Below are positions 18,922-29,005 of a stretch of DNA of 64,000 nt, one piece after another. Made by a program: the position numbers and the translations under genes. Source of the stretch: an uncultured Gemmatimonadales bacterium. Lineage in GTDB: Bacteria; Gemmatimonadota; Gemmatimonadetes; Gemmatimonadales; GWC2-71-9. Where the stretch lies: NCBI GenBank assembly GCA_963730185.1, contig CAVSQW010000006.1:128001-192000 (forward strand), in the 5' to 3' direction. Each line of letters begins with the position of its first letter. Positions within the stretch are counted from its first letter, which is position 1. A model generated the notes under the pieces. The model saw only the letters and a program-made list of their open reading frames with translations. It was not told the origin of the DNA and did no database searches.

Positions 18922-20394
18922 GGCTTGCTCCGGACGAAGGTCTCGAAAAAGCCGAGTCCCGAGTCGGCCACCAGGGCGCCGGCCAGGCGGCCCTGGAGGG
19001 TGAACGCGCCCCGCATCTGGAGGAAGTAGCGTCGCTCGCCCCCGAAGCCGACCGGGGTGGCCTGCGACCCGGCGCACGTCCACCACGAGCGCCAGGGTAT
19101 CGCGGTCGCGTCCGGCCACGAGTCGGAGCCGTTCGGGCGCCCGGATCCCGACCGCCCCCGGCACCGGGCGGGTCCCCTCGGAGGCGATCCGGTCGAACCG
19201 GAAGATCTGCCGCACCCCGAGCGAGTCGACCGCGGCCAGGAAGTATGGTGTGGCCGGCGCCCCGTCGGCCGGGTCGGCGGGGATCACGCCCCCGTAGACG
19301 ACGCTGGTGGTCCGGCCCCGCGCCTGGCCCCAGTTCCAGATCGTCGCCCGCCAGATGCCCCAGTTGTGGTCGTGGTAGGCGGGGACGTCGTCGACCTGGC
19401 GACAGCGATCGCCCTCGCAGAGGGTGCCCCGCGCCAGCCCCCGGATGACGGGCACCACGTAGCCCGATCGCCGGCCTTCGCCGGCCAGCTCCACCGGCGG
19501 AAAGTAGGCGTTGGCCTCGGGCTCGATCGTGAGGTCGAATCCGACCGTACCGGCCGGTCCATGAGCCCGGCCCACGATCCGGTACCGGCCGTCGCGCTGC
19601 TCGACCCGATTGGTGCCCAAGGCCAGGTCGGCACGGGAGGTATCGACGGTGACGGCGCCGATCGGCACCAGGGCCTCGTATCGGGCCGGGGGCTGACCGC
19701 CCCGGTGCCGGGTCACGAGCAGTTGGCCGCCCGCCCGATCGGTCGTTCGATCGCCGCCGACCAGATAGGTCAGGTACCACCATTCGTCGGGGCCGGGCGC
19801 CACGTTGAAATAGTGCCACTCGGCCCAAGTGCTGTCGGCCATCGAGGGGTGGAAGTGATCCAGCTGGTCGTAAAGCTGCTGGCGGGTGGGGATTCGCCAG
19901 GCCGAGTCGGCCGGCTCGTCGCGCCAGGCCCCCTGGACGACGTCGAGACCGGCGCCGAGCCCGGAGGCGGCGCTGGGGATCTCGCCGCCGGCCCGGAGCG
20001 GGACCAACCGTCCCTCGCGGTGGAGGTAGACCAGCTTGTGCTCGACGGCCGGAGAGACGGCCCGGATGGCGGACCCGAGCCGGGGCCCGCCGATCAGCTG
20101 GCGATCGAGAAATCGGGCCTGGTCGATTCCGTAGAAGAGCCCGCTCATCGAGCCGGTGCGGAGTCCTTCGAGGTCGATGCCCTCGGGAAGCACCGTGACC
20201 TCGCCGCCCCCGACCAAGGCCACGTCGCGGGACTGGATCAGCATCGCCTCGCCGATCGAGAGCAGAACCATCATCACGCCCGCCCCGATGGCATAGCCGA
20301 CCAGGAGGAACAGCGCCCGGCCCCGCCGCACCACCAGGTGCCGGAAGGCCAGGCGCAGGACGGTGCGCCAATCAGCGCGCGTTTCGCTCGTCAC
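18918..20394 (-). CDS. FtsX-type N-terminus fused to AttH/CrtC-like (lipocalin-like) domain; frameshift near 19060
   Basis: LAFRHLVVRRGRALFLL TM start, WAEWHYFN, AYHDHNWG, WNWG; an alternate frame gives YFLQMRG...GFFETFVRSKP*. Confidence 0.68.
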
Positions 20395-21083
20395 TGGTCA
20401 GACGGCCGTCCAGGAGGTGGAGGACCCGGCTGGCCCGAGCGGAGACCCGTTCGTCGTGGCTCACCACGACCAGGGTGAGACCGTCGCGGTTCAGGCGATC
20501 GAACAGGTCGAGGATCTGGTCGCCGGTGGCGGCGTCGAGCTCACCGGTGGGCTCGTCGGCGAGCAGCAGACTCGGCCGATTGGCCAGGGCCCGGGCGATT
20601 GCGACCCGCTGCATCTCGCCCCCGGAGAGCTGGGTGGCCCGATGGTCCTCTCGATGGGAGAGCCCCACATAGGCGAGGAGCTCCCGGGTCCTCGCCGCTC
20701 GTTCGGCCCGCGACAGGCCCGCCTCGGCCATGGGGAGCTCGACGTTCTCGCCCGGCGGTGAGCACCGGCAGCAGGTGGAAGCGCTGGAAGACGAAGCCGA
20801 TCTCCCGGAGGCGGAGCCGGGTCAGGACGGCGTCCGGCAAGGTCTCGAGGGCGGTGCCGTTCAGCAGCAGGCGCCCGCCGGACGGCTGGTCCAGGCCCCC
20901 GAGCAGCTGGAGCAGCGTCGACTTGCCGCTTCCCGACGGCCCGGTGACGGCCAGGTACTCGCCGGCGCCGATCGCGAGCGTCACTTCCCGCACGGCGTCG
21001 ACGTGGAGGCCGTTCAGGCGATAGACCTTGCTCAGCCGGTCGCACTCGAGAACCGGGGTCGGGGGTGCGTCGATCACGGGCAT
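20372..21083 (-). CDS. LolD/MacB-type ABC ATP-binding protein (frameshift near 20752)
   Basis: GPSGSGKS, FVFQRFHL, then LSGGEMQR and ADEPTGELD in another frame. Confidence 0.88.
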
Positions 21084-21096
21084 CGCGGCGAAGGCC

Positions 21097-21828
21097 TCAC
21101 AACATCAGGTGGGCCAGCTCTTTGCCGGCCGGCTTGTCGGTGTGGTTGGTCATCGGCTCGACGCTGAGCGCGGCGCCGAGCACGGGACCCGCGCCGGCCG
21201 GCATCCCGACCGTGACGAACACCGGCCGCGACGGATCGGGCGAGAGCTCGATTCCCCGCACCATGCCGTCCTGACAGATGAACCAGAACTGATACTTCTC
21301 GCCGGCCGGCGCCGGCGGCAGGCCGTGCATCACCACGTTCCAGCGATGGGTCACGCTGTCGGCGAAGATGAGGAGCCCGCCCTCGTGTCCGTCCATCTCG
21401 ATCGAGGCCTGCAGCACCTTGGCGGCCCGCTTCAGAATGTCCAGCGTGTCGCCGAGGGCCGCGAGCTGGCCTCGGGCCTGGACCAGATCCGCGGTGAGCG
21501 AGGCTTCGCGAGTGTGGCTGGTCCGCCAGGTGCCGGCCAAGGCCAGCAGGGCGGCCGCCGCGACCGCCAGCGGGGCCCACACCCGGGCGCGGGACGGCCG
21601 ATGGTTGCCGAGCACCGTGCGGGCCACCTGCCAGCGGAAGCCGGGCCGGGGTTGGACCGGCGTCACCCCCATCGGCAACCAGCCCAGGTCGCGCTCCAGC
21701 GCCTGCACGGCGCGCCGGCACTCGTCGCAGCGGCGGAGGTGGTCGGTAAACTCCCGTTCGTCGGCTGGGTCGAGCGTCCGGGTGGCGTACCCGGCCTGCC
21801 GTTCTACGAACCAGTCGTGAGGATTCAT
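21097..21828 (-). CDS. Anti-sigma factor (ZAS + RskA-like)
   Basis: HLRRCDEC zinc motif, TM helix, LPPAPAGEKYQFW, ALSVEP. Confidence 0.85.
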   Translation of the reverse strand: MNPHDWFVERQAGYATRTLDPADEREFTDHLRRCDECRRAVQALERDLGWLPMGVTPVQPRPGFRWQVARTVLGNHRPSRARVWAPLAVAAAALLALAGTWRTSHTREASLTADLVQARGQLAALGDTLDILKRAAKVLQASIEMDGHEGGLLIFADSVTHRWNVVMHGLPPAPAGEKYQFWFICQDGMVRGIELSPDPSRPVFVTVGMPAGAGPVLGAALSVEPMTNHTDKPAGKELAHLML

Positions 21829-22445
21829 AGGGCCCAGTCCTTGAGCGGGGCGAGCGCCGAGCGGAGCTTGTCGAAGGCCAGTCGGAGCCGGGTCTTGACC
21901 GTGCCGAGCGGGATCCCCAGCTCGGTCGCGATCTCCGACTGGGTCAGCCCCCGGAAGTAGGCCAGCTCGACGGCGGCGTGCTGGTCGGGCGGCAACGCGT
22001 CGAGGGCCGCGTGAACCGTGCGGTGGACGTGCCACCCCGGCTGGGCCGCCTCGTCGGGCTCGACCGGGACCACGGCGTGGTCGCCGCCGGCACTCAGGAC
22101 CTCGACCCGGTCGAGCTTGTTCCGATACCGCCGGCGCGAGCGGAGCCGGTCGATGGCCCGGTTCCGGGCGATCCGGAAGAGCCACGGCAGGAGGCGCTGC
22201 TCGTCACCGGCCGGCAGCGTCCCGACCTTGTCCCACGCGATCCGGAAGGTCTCGAGCACCACTTCCTCCGCTTCCAACCCATCGCTCAGCATCGACTGGA
22301 CCAACCCGAGGAGCCAGGGCGAGGCGACGTCGATCAGCTCCACCAGGGCGCTTTCGTCCCGGGCGATCAGCCGGGCGCGCAGCGACGACTCCCGCTCGAC
22401 GGCGAGCAGGCGACGCTCGGGTCCGGCGGCGGCCGGTCCAGTCAC
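21825..22445 (-). CDS. ECF sigma factor (SigK-like)
   Basis: WLFRIARNRAIDRLR, LAYFRGLTQSEIA, PLGTVKTRLR. Confidence 0.92.
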   Translation of the reverse strand: MTGPAAAGPERRLLAVERESSLRARLIARDESALVELIDVASPWLLGLVQSMLSDGLEAEEVVLETFRIAWDKVGTLPAGDEQRLLPWLFRIARNRAIDRLRSRRRYRNKLDRVEVLSAGGDHAVVPVEPDEAAQPGWHVHRTVHAALDALPPDQHAAVELAYFRGLTQSEIATELGIPLGTVKTRLRLAFDKLRSALAPLKDWAL

Positions 22446-22506
22446 GGGGCCTCCCGGAAGGGTCCACTGGGAGAACGCCCGAGCGGGTCGGATGGATCTA
22501 CGGTCG

Positions 22507-23697
22507 TCATTCCGCCTCCGCGCGAAGGGTCGCAGCGATCGGGGTGCTCGCGGCCAGCCAGGCCGGGTAGACACCCGCGACGATCCCCGCGCCCGCCACC
22601 GCCAGGGCCGCCCGCGCGAGACCCCAGCTGTCGGGCACGAAGAACGAGATCGCGGCGGGGAGGCCGGGAAACGAGGTCAGGATCGCGTCCAGGTACCGGG
22701 CCGTCACCAGGCCAAGCGCCAGCCCGAGGCCGGTGCCCACCAGGGTCACCAGGGCGCCCTCCGCCATCACCGATTGTACCACCCGGGCGCGGGTCACGCC
22801 GATCGCGCGGAGCACCGCCACCTCGCCCAGCCGCTCGTTGATCGTGATGGTGAGAATGGTGCCGACCAGCAGGACCGCCACGACCAGGCTGATGGTCGCC
22901 AGGATCAGCGACAGCTGCTGGAAGTACACCAGCCGGCTCCGGAACTGCGCGACCAGCGCCGCGACGCTGTTGACTTCCACCCTCGGGAACCGGCGGGCGA
23001 TCCGGGCGGCCACCGGATCGACCGGCGCCCCGTCGCGGACCCGCACCATGACGGCCGACCCGGCGTCGCGATCGGTCAGACGGCCGAACCGCTGCATCAC
23101 CGGCACGATCGCACCGACCGAGCGCTGGTCGCGGGCGTCGTACAGCCACCGAACCACGCCGCGGACCACCAGCGAGCGCTCCACCCCGGCCCGGGCGATG
23201 CCGGGATCGAGCCGCCCGGCGAGCGCCACCGTGTCACCGACCCGCCACCCGGTGCGCTCGGCCACCGTCTCCCCCAGGAGCAGTCCCAGGCTGTCGCCCG
23301 GGGCCAGGTCGGCGCCCCGGTCGAGCTCGTAGAGGCCCTGGCCCCGCGGATCGATGCCGTACCCCACCAGGGTGAGCACCGAGTCGCCGAGCGTCGCGTA
23401 GACCGAGGTGCCCACCACGGCGCCGGCGGCGTCCACGTCGGGGTCGGCCCGAAGCGAGTCGACGATCGCGCTGATCCCGGGAATGGTGGCCTCGGTGTCG
23501 AACGGCAGGGTGCCCTTGGGCGAGAGCCGGATCTGAAAGCCGCGGCTCAGCAACATCCGGCTGAACGAGCGTTCCATCCCACCGCTCAACATCACCATGT
23601 CGAGGAGGAGGGCGGCCGCGACCGCGATCCCGGCCACCACCAGGGCGGTGCGGACCGGATGGCGGAGCAGGTTCCGAAGGGCCCACGCGAATCTCAC
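22507..23697 (-). CDS. FtsX/MacB-like ABC permease
   Basis: WALRNLLRHPVRTAL, INERLGEVAVLRAIG, YPAWLAA. Confidence 0.88.
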   Translation of the reverse strand: MRFAWALRNLLRHPVRTALVVAGIAVAAALLLDMVMLSGGMERSFSRMLLSRGFQIRLSPKGTLPFDTEATIPGISAIVDSLRADPDVDAAGAVVGTSVYATLGDSVLTLVGYGIDPRGQGLYELDRGADLAPGDSLGLLLGETVAERTGWRVGDTVALAGRLDPGIARAGVERSLVVRGVVRWLYDARDQRSVGAIVPVMQRFGRLTDRDAGSAVMVRVRDGAPVDPVAARIARRFPRVEVNSVAALVAQFRSRLVYFQQLSLILATISLVVAVLLVGTILTITINERLGEVAVLRAIGVTRARVVQSVMAEGALVTLVGTGLGLALGLVTARYLDAILTSFPGLPAAISFFVPDSWGLARAALAVAGAGIVAGVYPAWLAASTPIAATLRAEAE

Positions 23698-24520
23698 TCG
23701 GCCCGCCTCCAGAGACTCAGGGGATTGGCGTGCACCAGCCGGAGCGAGCGCCAGGGCGCCGACGACCACCCCGAGCCCGAGCGAGAGCAGGGCGCCGGTG
23801 GCGACGACCTGGGGGGTGAGGAACGAGAAGACGAGGGTGGTTTCGAAGCGGCGCTGGTAGACGGCGTTGGTGATGAGCCCCGCCACCCAGGCGAGGCCGG
23901 TGCCGAGACCCGAGCCGACCACCGCCACGAGGCAGGTCTCCAGGCACGAAGGCCCGGAGGATGGTCGCCCGGGAGATCCCGATCATCCGCATGACGGCCG
24001 CGTCGAGCCGCCGCTCCTCGACTTTGAGGAGCATGATGCAGAGCAGGAAGATGGCGCTTGCGACGATCGCGATGAGTCCGATGGCCCGATGGAAGCGGCT
24101 CACCACCAGGAAGGTGCGCGACGACTCGGAAGCGATCTCGGCGGACGGATAGGCGCGGTAGCCGAAGGCGACCCGGTTGAGGGCCCCGACGACGCTGTCG
24201 AGGGAGACCCCGGGTCGCACCCCGACGCCGAACCGGTCGACCCGGTCGGCCGCGCCGAGGAGCGCGGTCAGGTCGGGAAGGTGGAACCGGACGTTGAACT
24301 CGCCGCGGAGCACGGTGGCCGGGTCGGGTCGGGGCTGGTACACGGCGCGGACGGCGAAGAGACGGCCAATCCCCTCGGGCCCCGCCCCCAAGCGAACGGT
24401 GTCGCCGACCTCGAGACCGAGCGACTCGGCCAGACGCTGCTCGACCGCGATGCCCGGCGGGCCCGCGAGGGAAGGCCCGACCGGTGTTTGGGCGGCGAGG
24501 ACGAGAGCAAGGGCGAGCAT
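23694..24520 (-). CDS. Short FtsX-like ABC permease (frameshifts near 23940 and 23730)
   Basis: KVEERRLDAAVMRMIGISR; C-terminal TMs continue in another frame. Confidence 0.72.
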
Positions 24521-24599
24521 GAGGCGGGCGGAAAGGTAAGGGGGTGGCGGCCGGCGCGGCTTGCCGGCACGCCGAGCCGGGGCTAGGCTTGGGCACGAT

Positions 24600-24780
24600 T
24601 TGAGACGCGGGCCTCCGGAAGTCCGGTGTAAGACCGGCGCGGCCCCGCCACTGTAAGAGGACCGGGCGAGTCACTCGCCCGCGAGCCGTCTCCGTCAGAT
24701 CGCGCCACTGGGAATCCGTCCCCGGATCCCTGGGAAGGCCGATGGAGACTTCCTCGAGCCAGGAGACCGGTCCCGTCTCG
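24600..24780 (+). ncRNA. Cobalamin riboswitch
   Basis: GGAAGTCCGGTGTAAGACCGGCGCGGCCCCGCCACTGTAA, GCCACTGGG...GGGAAGGC, AGCCAGGAGACC; upstream of a TonB receptor. Confidence 0.92.
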
Positions 24781-24860
24781 CCCGTGCGATTCCCTCGTGG
24801 GAGGGAGCGGGACCGTGTCCGCCGTCGTCCCCCCTGCGGGGAGTCGGCCCACGCCCCGCC

Positions 24861-24892
24861 AGCCCAGTCCGGCAACGGCGGGGCTTTTCGTT
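24861..24892 (+). terminator. Candidate riboswitch attenuator hairpin
   Basis: AGCCC...GGGCT stem followed by TTTCGTT before the btuB start. Confidence 0.5.
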
Positions 24893-24924
24893 CGGGGAGC
24901 CTCAAGACCGGAAAGGCTTGAGCC

Positions 24925-26802
24925 ATGCATCCCCTTCGTCTCGCGGCGGCGTCGACCGTCGCCCTGTTGGTCGTGGTCGTTCCCGCCGCCGCCCAGCAAG
25001 CGCCCCGCGATTCCACCCGGCTCGAGGAGGTCGTGGTCTCGGCCTCGCGAACCGTCACGCCCGCGCGGCTCCGGGCCACCGCGGCCGACCATCTCTCGGC
25101 CGACGAGCTCGGGCGCCGCGGCATTACCCGGCTCGAGAACGCCCTTCGTTTGGTGGCGGCGACCGGGTTCACGGCGACCGGCGCGCCGGGTGGCGCCGGC
25201 TCGGTCTTCCTTCGCGGAGTCGCCTCGAATCAGACGCTGGTGCTGATCGACGGGATCCGGGTCAACGACGCCAACGCCCTGGCGGGATCGCTCCTCGGCG
25301 GCTTCGAGTTGGGGCCGGCCGATCGGGTGGAGGTGGTCCGGGGCCCGCAGAGCACGCTCTACGGCGGCGCGGCGATCGGCGGGGTGATCGCGATCGGCGC
25401 CGACCGGACGGCGCCCCGCTCCTTCTGGGAGGGCCGGGCCAGCGGCGGGTCGTTCGACACCTGGCGGGGCCGGCTCGGCGGCAGCCTGGCCACGGGGGGA
25501 ACCTCCCTCTCGGGCGCGGTGTCGTTCGTCGACACCCGGAACCAGCGGCCGAGCAACGGCTACGACCAACGGAGCGAGCAGGCCCGGGTCGAGCAGCAGG
25601 CATCGGGGCGGGTCCGGGTTGGCGCCACCTTCCGGGGCCTCCAGCAGTCGTACACCAGCCCGGGCGACCTCCGCACCACCAATACCACGCCGGTCGGCCA
25701 CACCCGGTTCGAGCATCACCTCGGCACGGCCTACGCCGACGTCACCCTCTCGCCTCGCTGGTCGAGCCGGGTTACGGCCGGCCTCCAGCGCTACGACCTC
25801 CGGGGCACCGGCCGGTTCGACGGCGGCGACGAGTTCGTGTCGCGGCTCACCGAGACCCGCTGGGTGCTCGACTGGCAGCAGCGGATCGCGCCGGCCCGCG
25901 GGGTGGAGCTGGCGGCCGGCCTGAACCGGGAGTGGGCGACCGTCACCGACGGCGACGGCCCCCGGGACGAGCGACTCCTGGCCGAGTACGCCGAGGCCAG
26001 TCTGACGCCGACGCCGACGGTGTCACTGACCGGGGGACTTCGGAACGACGACTACAGCACCTTCGGACGGGCGCTGACGGGCCGGCTGACCGGCGCGGTC
26101 TTCCTGCCCTCGCACTCCCTGCGGGTGCGGGCGACACTGGGGACCGGCTTCATGCCACCCAGTCTCTCGGCCCGATTCGGCAGCGCCTACCAGAAGGCCA
26201 ATCCCGACCTGCGGCCCGAGCGGTCGACCGGCTGGGATCTGGGCGCCGACCTCTTCGTCGCCGACGGTCGCGGGACGATCGGGGTCACCTACTTCCAGAA
26301 CCGGCTTCGCGACCTGATCGCGTTCGAGGGAGCGGACTATCCCGAACTGGGACGGAACGTCAACGTGGCGCGGGCCCGGACCGAGGGGGTGGAGCTCACC
26401 GCCGGGATCCGAACCCGAACCGTGGACCTCCGAGCCGCCTACACCTATCTCGACGCCCGCGACCTGACCGCGACCGATCCGACCGAGCGGCGGCTGATCC
26501 GCCGCCCCCGTCACGCCGCGGGAGCGGACCTGCTCTGGACCGCCCTGGACCGGCTCGACCTCGGCGCGGGGTTCACGGCCGCGCTCGATCGCCGGGATAC
26601 CGACTTCAACGTCTTTCCGGCCATCCGGGTCGATCCCGGCGACTACGTCGACGCTCGGGTGCAGGCCGCCTACCGCCTCGCCGGCGGCGCGGCCGTGCGG
26701 CTGGCCGTCGAGAACCTGTTCGACCAACGATACGAAGAGGTCTACGGCTTCCCGGCCCTCGGCCGGCGGCTCTCGGCGACCCTCGAGCTGGGCGGCCGAT
26801 AG
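24925..26802 (+). CDS. btuB: TonB-dependent receptor, cobalamin (BtuB-like)
   Basis: Signal peptide, EEVVVSASR TonB box, LVLIDG, RVEVVRGPQSTLYG, ENLFDQRYE; B12 riboswitch upstream. Confidence 0.88.
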   Translation: MHPLRLAAASTVALLVVVVPAAAQQAPRDSTRLEEVVVSASRTVTPARLRATAADHLSADELGRRGITRLENALRLVAATGFTATGAPGGAGSVFLRGVASNQTLVLIDGIRVNDANALAGSLLGGFELGPADRVEVVRGPQSTLYGGAAIGGVIAIGADRTAPRSFWEGRASGGSFDTWRGRLGGSLATGGTSLSGAVSFVDTRNQRPSNGYDQRSEQARVEQQASGRVRVGATFRGLQQSYTSPGDLRTTNTTPVGHTRFEHHLGTAYADVTLSPRWSSRVTAGLQRYDLRGTGRFDGGDEFVSRLTETRWVLDWQQRIAPARGVELAAGLNREWATVTDGDGPRDERLLAEYAEASLTPTPTVSLTGGLRNDDYSTFGRALTGRLTGAVFLPSHSLRVRATLGTGFMPPSLSARFGSAYQKANPDLRPERSTGWDLGADLFVADGRGTIGVTYFQNRLRDLIAFEGADYPELGRNVNVARARTEGVELTAGIRTRTVDLRAAYTYLDARDLTATDPTERRLIRRPRHAAGADLLWTALDRLDLGAGFTAALDRRDTDFNVFPAIRVDPGDYVDARVQAAYRLAGGAAVRLAVENLFDQRYEEVYGFPALGRRLSATLELGGR

Positions 26803-26803
26803 C

Positions 26804-27478
26804 ATGGCCCTGGCGCTCTCCTGGAGCAGCGGCAAGGACGCCGCCTGGACCCTCCACCAGCTTCGCCGGCGGGGAGCCGACGTCAGGGTCCTGGTCACGA
26901 CCATCACCCGTGACTTCGAGCGGGTGGCGATCCACGGCGTCCGGCGGTCGCTGCTCCGCCGCCAGGCCATGCTGGCCGGCTTGCCGCTGATCGAGGTCGA
27001 GCTGCCGTTTCCCTGCTCGAACGGGATGTACGAATTCGCGATGGGCCAGACCCTGAGCGACCTGGCGGCCCGGGAGGGGATCACCGCGATGGCCTTCGGC
27101 GACCTCTTCCTGGAGGACGTCCGGGCCTACCGGGAGCGGCTCCTCGCCCCCCACGGACTCCGGGCGGAATTCCCGCTCTGGGGCACCCGGACGGATCTGC
27201 TCGCGCGACAGATGCTCCGAGCCGGGATCGAGGCCCGGATCGCGTCGTTGGACCCGGCCCGGGTCGACCCCGCCTGGGCCGGGCGCCCCTGGGACGAAGC
27301 GTTCCTGGACGGGGTGCCCCCGGCGGTGGACCCCTGCGGGGAGCGAGGCGAGTTCCACACCTTCGTCACCGCCGGCCCGATGTTCTCGGGGCCGTTGGAG
27401 GCGGCGACCGGCGAGGTGGTGGAGCGTGACGGCGTGGTCTTCGCCGACTTCACGGTTCCGAGCCTGGTCGACCGATGA
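26804..27478 (+). CDS. PP-loop ATP-binding protein (DUF71/Dph6-like)
   Basis: SWSSGKD, FGDLFLEDVRAYRE, DPCGERGEFHTFV. Confidence 0.88.
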   Translation: MALALSWSSGKDAAWTLHQLRRRGADVRVLVTTITRDFERVAIHGVRRSLLRRQAMLAGLPLIEVELPFPCSNGMYEFAMGQTLSDLAAREGITAMAFGDLFLEDVRAYRERLLAPHGLRAEFPLWGTRTDLLARQMLRAGIEARIASLDPARVDPAWAGRPWDEAFLDGVPPAVDPCGERGEFHTFVTAGPMFSGPLEAATGEVVERDGVVFADFTVPSLVDR

Positions 27479-27657
27479 CCGCCCCCCTACCCTCTCCCTG
27501 CCGGAACATCTGCCGGCTGGGCGGAGACGGGCGGTGCGACGGGTGCGGCCGGACGCTCGACGAGATCGCCCGCTGGATCCGGATGACGGCCGAGGAGCGG
27601 GGAGCGGTGCTGGCGAGGGTGGCCGATTGGGCGCCACGGCCACTGGACCTCGCCTAG
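27475..27657 (+). CDS. DUF1289 small Cys-rich protein
   Basis: SPCRNIC...CDGCGRTLDEIARW. Confidence 0.88.
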   Translation: MTAPLPSPCRNICRLGGDGRCDGCGRTLDEIARWIRMTAEERGAVLARVADWAPRPLDLA

Positions 27658-27790
27658 GGCTTAACATCGGCCACCCGCCCGAGTCGTGTGTGCGTCCTGG
27701 CTTGGCCCGCCGTCCACATGATCGGGACCGGGCGGCTTCCGGAACGCCGGGTGGCCGCCGCCCCCGCACCGACTTTCACGAGGGTTCGAC

Positions 27791-28552
27791 ATGCGCACAC
27801 GATGGCGTCTTGGCGCTCTGAGCCTGGGCCTGGCTCTGGCCGCCTGTTCTTCGAACGGCACCGGCCCCACCACGACCGACTCCGCGCTCAATCAGGACGT
27901 TGCCACCGTCACCGCCGACGTCGCCGCGCAGGACGTCGAGCTGATGCGGGGTCCCGGCGGCCTGATGGGTCTCCGGCTCCCGGCCGATCCGACCCGGTGG
28001 GAATGCACCTCACATCAGTGGGGCCCCGTCACGATCAACCGAACCTGCACATTCGTCGACGCCAACGGCGTCGAGCAGCAGGCCTACGATCGCCAGACGA
28101 CCGACACCGTCCGGCTGCACGCCGACGTCAGCGGGGCGATCGACCGAGGGCATTGGAGCGGCAGCGTCGAGCGGACCCGCGACCTGACGGCGAGCGGGCT
28201 GGCGGGAGACGAAACCAGCGTCACCTGGAACGGGACGGGCAGCGGTCAGGTAACCCGGGTCCGTGAGCTCCAGGACAGCACCGTGAAGCAGTTCGACCTG
28301 AGCCAGTCGTTCACGGTGACCGACCTGGTGATCCCGGTCCCCCGGACCGACACCAGCTGGCCCCTGTCGGGAACGATCACCATGTCGGCGACGGTGACGA
28401 TCACGGGCGGGCCTCGGGACGGCACGGTCAAGCAGTGCGACGTGACCATCACCTTCGACGGCACCAACCTGGCCACGGTCACGGTGAACGGCGAGACCTT
28501 CCAGTTCGACCTGAGCAACCGGCACCGCGCCGAGCGGCGTCAGCGGCCGTAA
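27791..28552 (+). CDS. Hypothetical lipoprotein
   Basis: Lipobox LALAAC; Thr-rich beta-type sequence. Confidence 0.75.
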   Translation: MRTRWRLGALSLGLALAACSSNGTGPTTTDSALNQDVATVTADVAAQDVELMRGPGGLMGLRLPADPTRWECTSHQWGPVTINRTCTFVDANGVEQQAYDRQTTDTVRLHADVSGAIDRGHWSGSVERTRDLTASGLAGDETSVTWNGTGSGQVTRVRELQDSTVKQFDLSQSFTVTDLVIPVPRTDTSWPLSGTITMSATVTITGGPRDGTVKQCDVTITFDGTNLATVTVNGETFQFDLSNRHRAERRQRP

Positions 28553-28609
28553 CCCGCCCGAGCCAGGCCCTGTCACGGCGTCACTGGGGCGCCGGAGCGC
28601 TCCGAGGAG

Positions 28610-28642
28610 CCGCGGCCCCGCTCGTGACGAGCGGGGCCGCGG
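28610..28642. terminator. Perfect 15-bp inverted repeat between convergent genes
   Basis: CCGCGGCCCCGCTCG-TGA-CGAGCGGGGCCGCGG. Confidence 0.6.
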
Positions 28643-28647
28643 TCGCG

Positions 28648-28953
28648 TCAGGGATCCGGCCAGCGCCAGCCGCGGAGCTCGTAGTACCGGCGGCGGGGGG
28701 TCGCGCGGGCCGGGTGGATCCGGTGCCGCCGGCACCACCCGACGTGGACCGCCAGCCCCGCCGCCGCGGCCGAGGCGAGGAAGAGAAGGGTCCAGTGCCC
28801 GACCAGCGCGAACCCGCCCAGCGTCACCCCGGCGAGCAGGCTCCACTTGAGCACCTTTCGCCACCAGGGGGTCTCCACTTCGAAGACCGCGAAGACCGAT
28901 TGGCCGACGACCGAGAGGGCCAGCAGCACGACCAGCTCGAGCGCTACCCCCAT
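28648..28953 (-). CDS. Small membrane protein
   Basis: FAVFEVETPWWRK, HVGWCRRHRIHP..ATPRRRYYELRGW; GGAGG before the ATG. Confidence 0.7.
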   Translation of the reverse strand: MGVALELVVLLALSVVGQSVFAVFEVETPWWRKVLKWSLLAGVTLGGFALVGHWTLLFLASAAAAGLAVHVGWCRRHRIHPARATPRRRYYELRGWRWPDP

Positions 28954-29005
28954 CGCGTTGCCTCCGGTGGGATCGGAACCCAAGGCACCCTCGGCCGCCG
29001 ACCCA

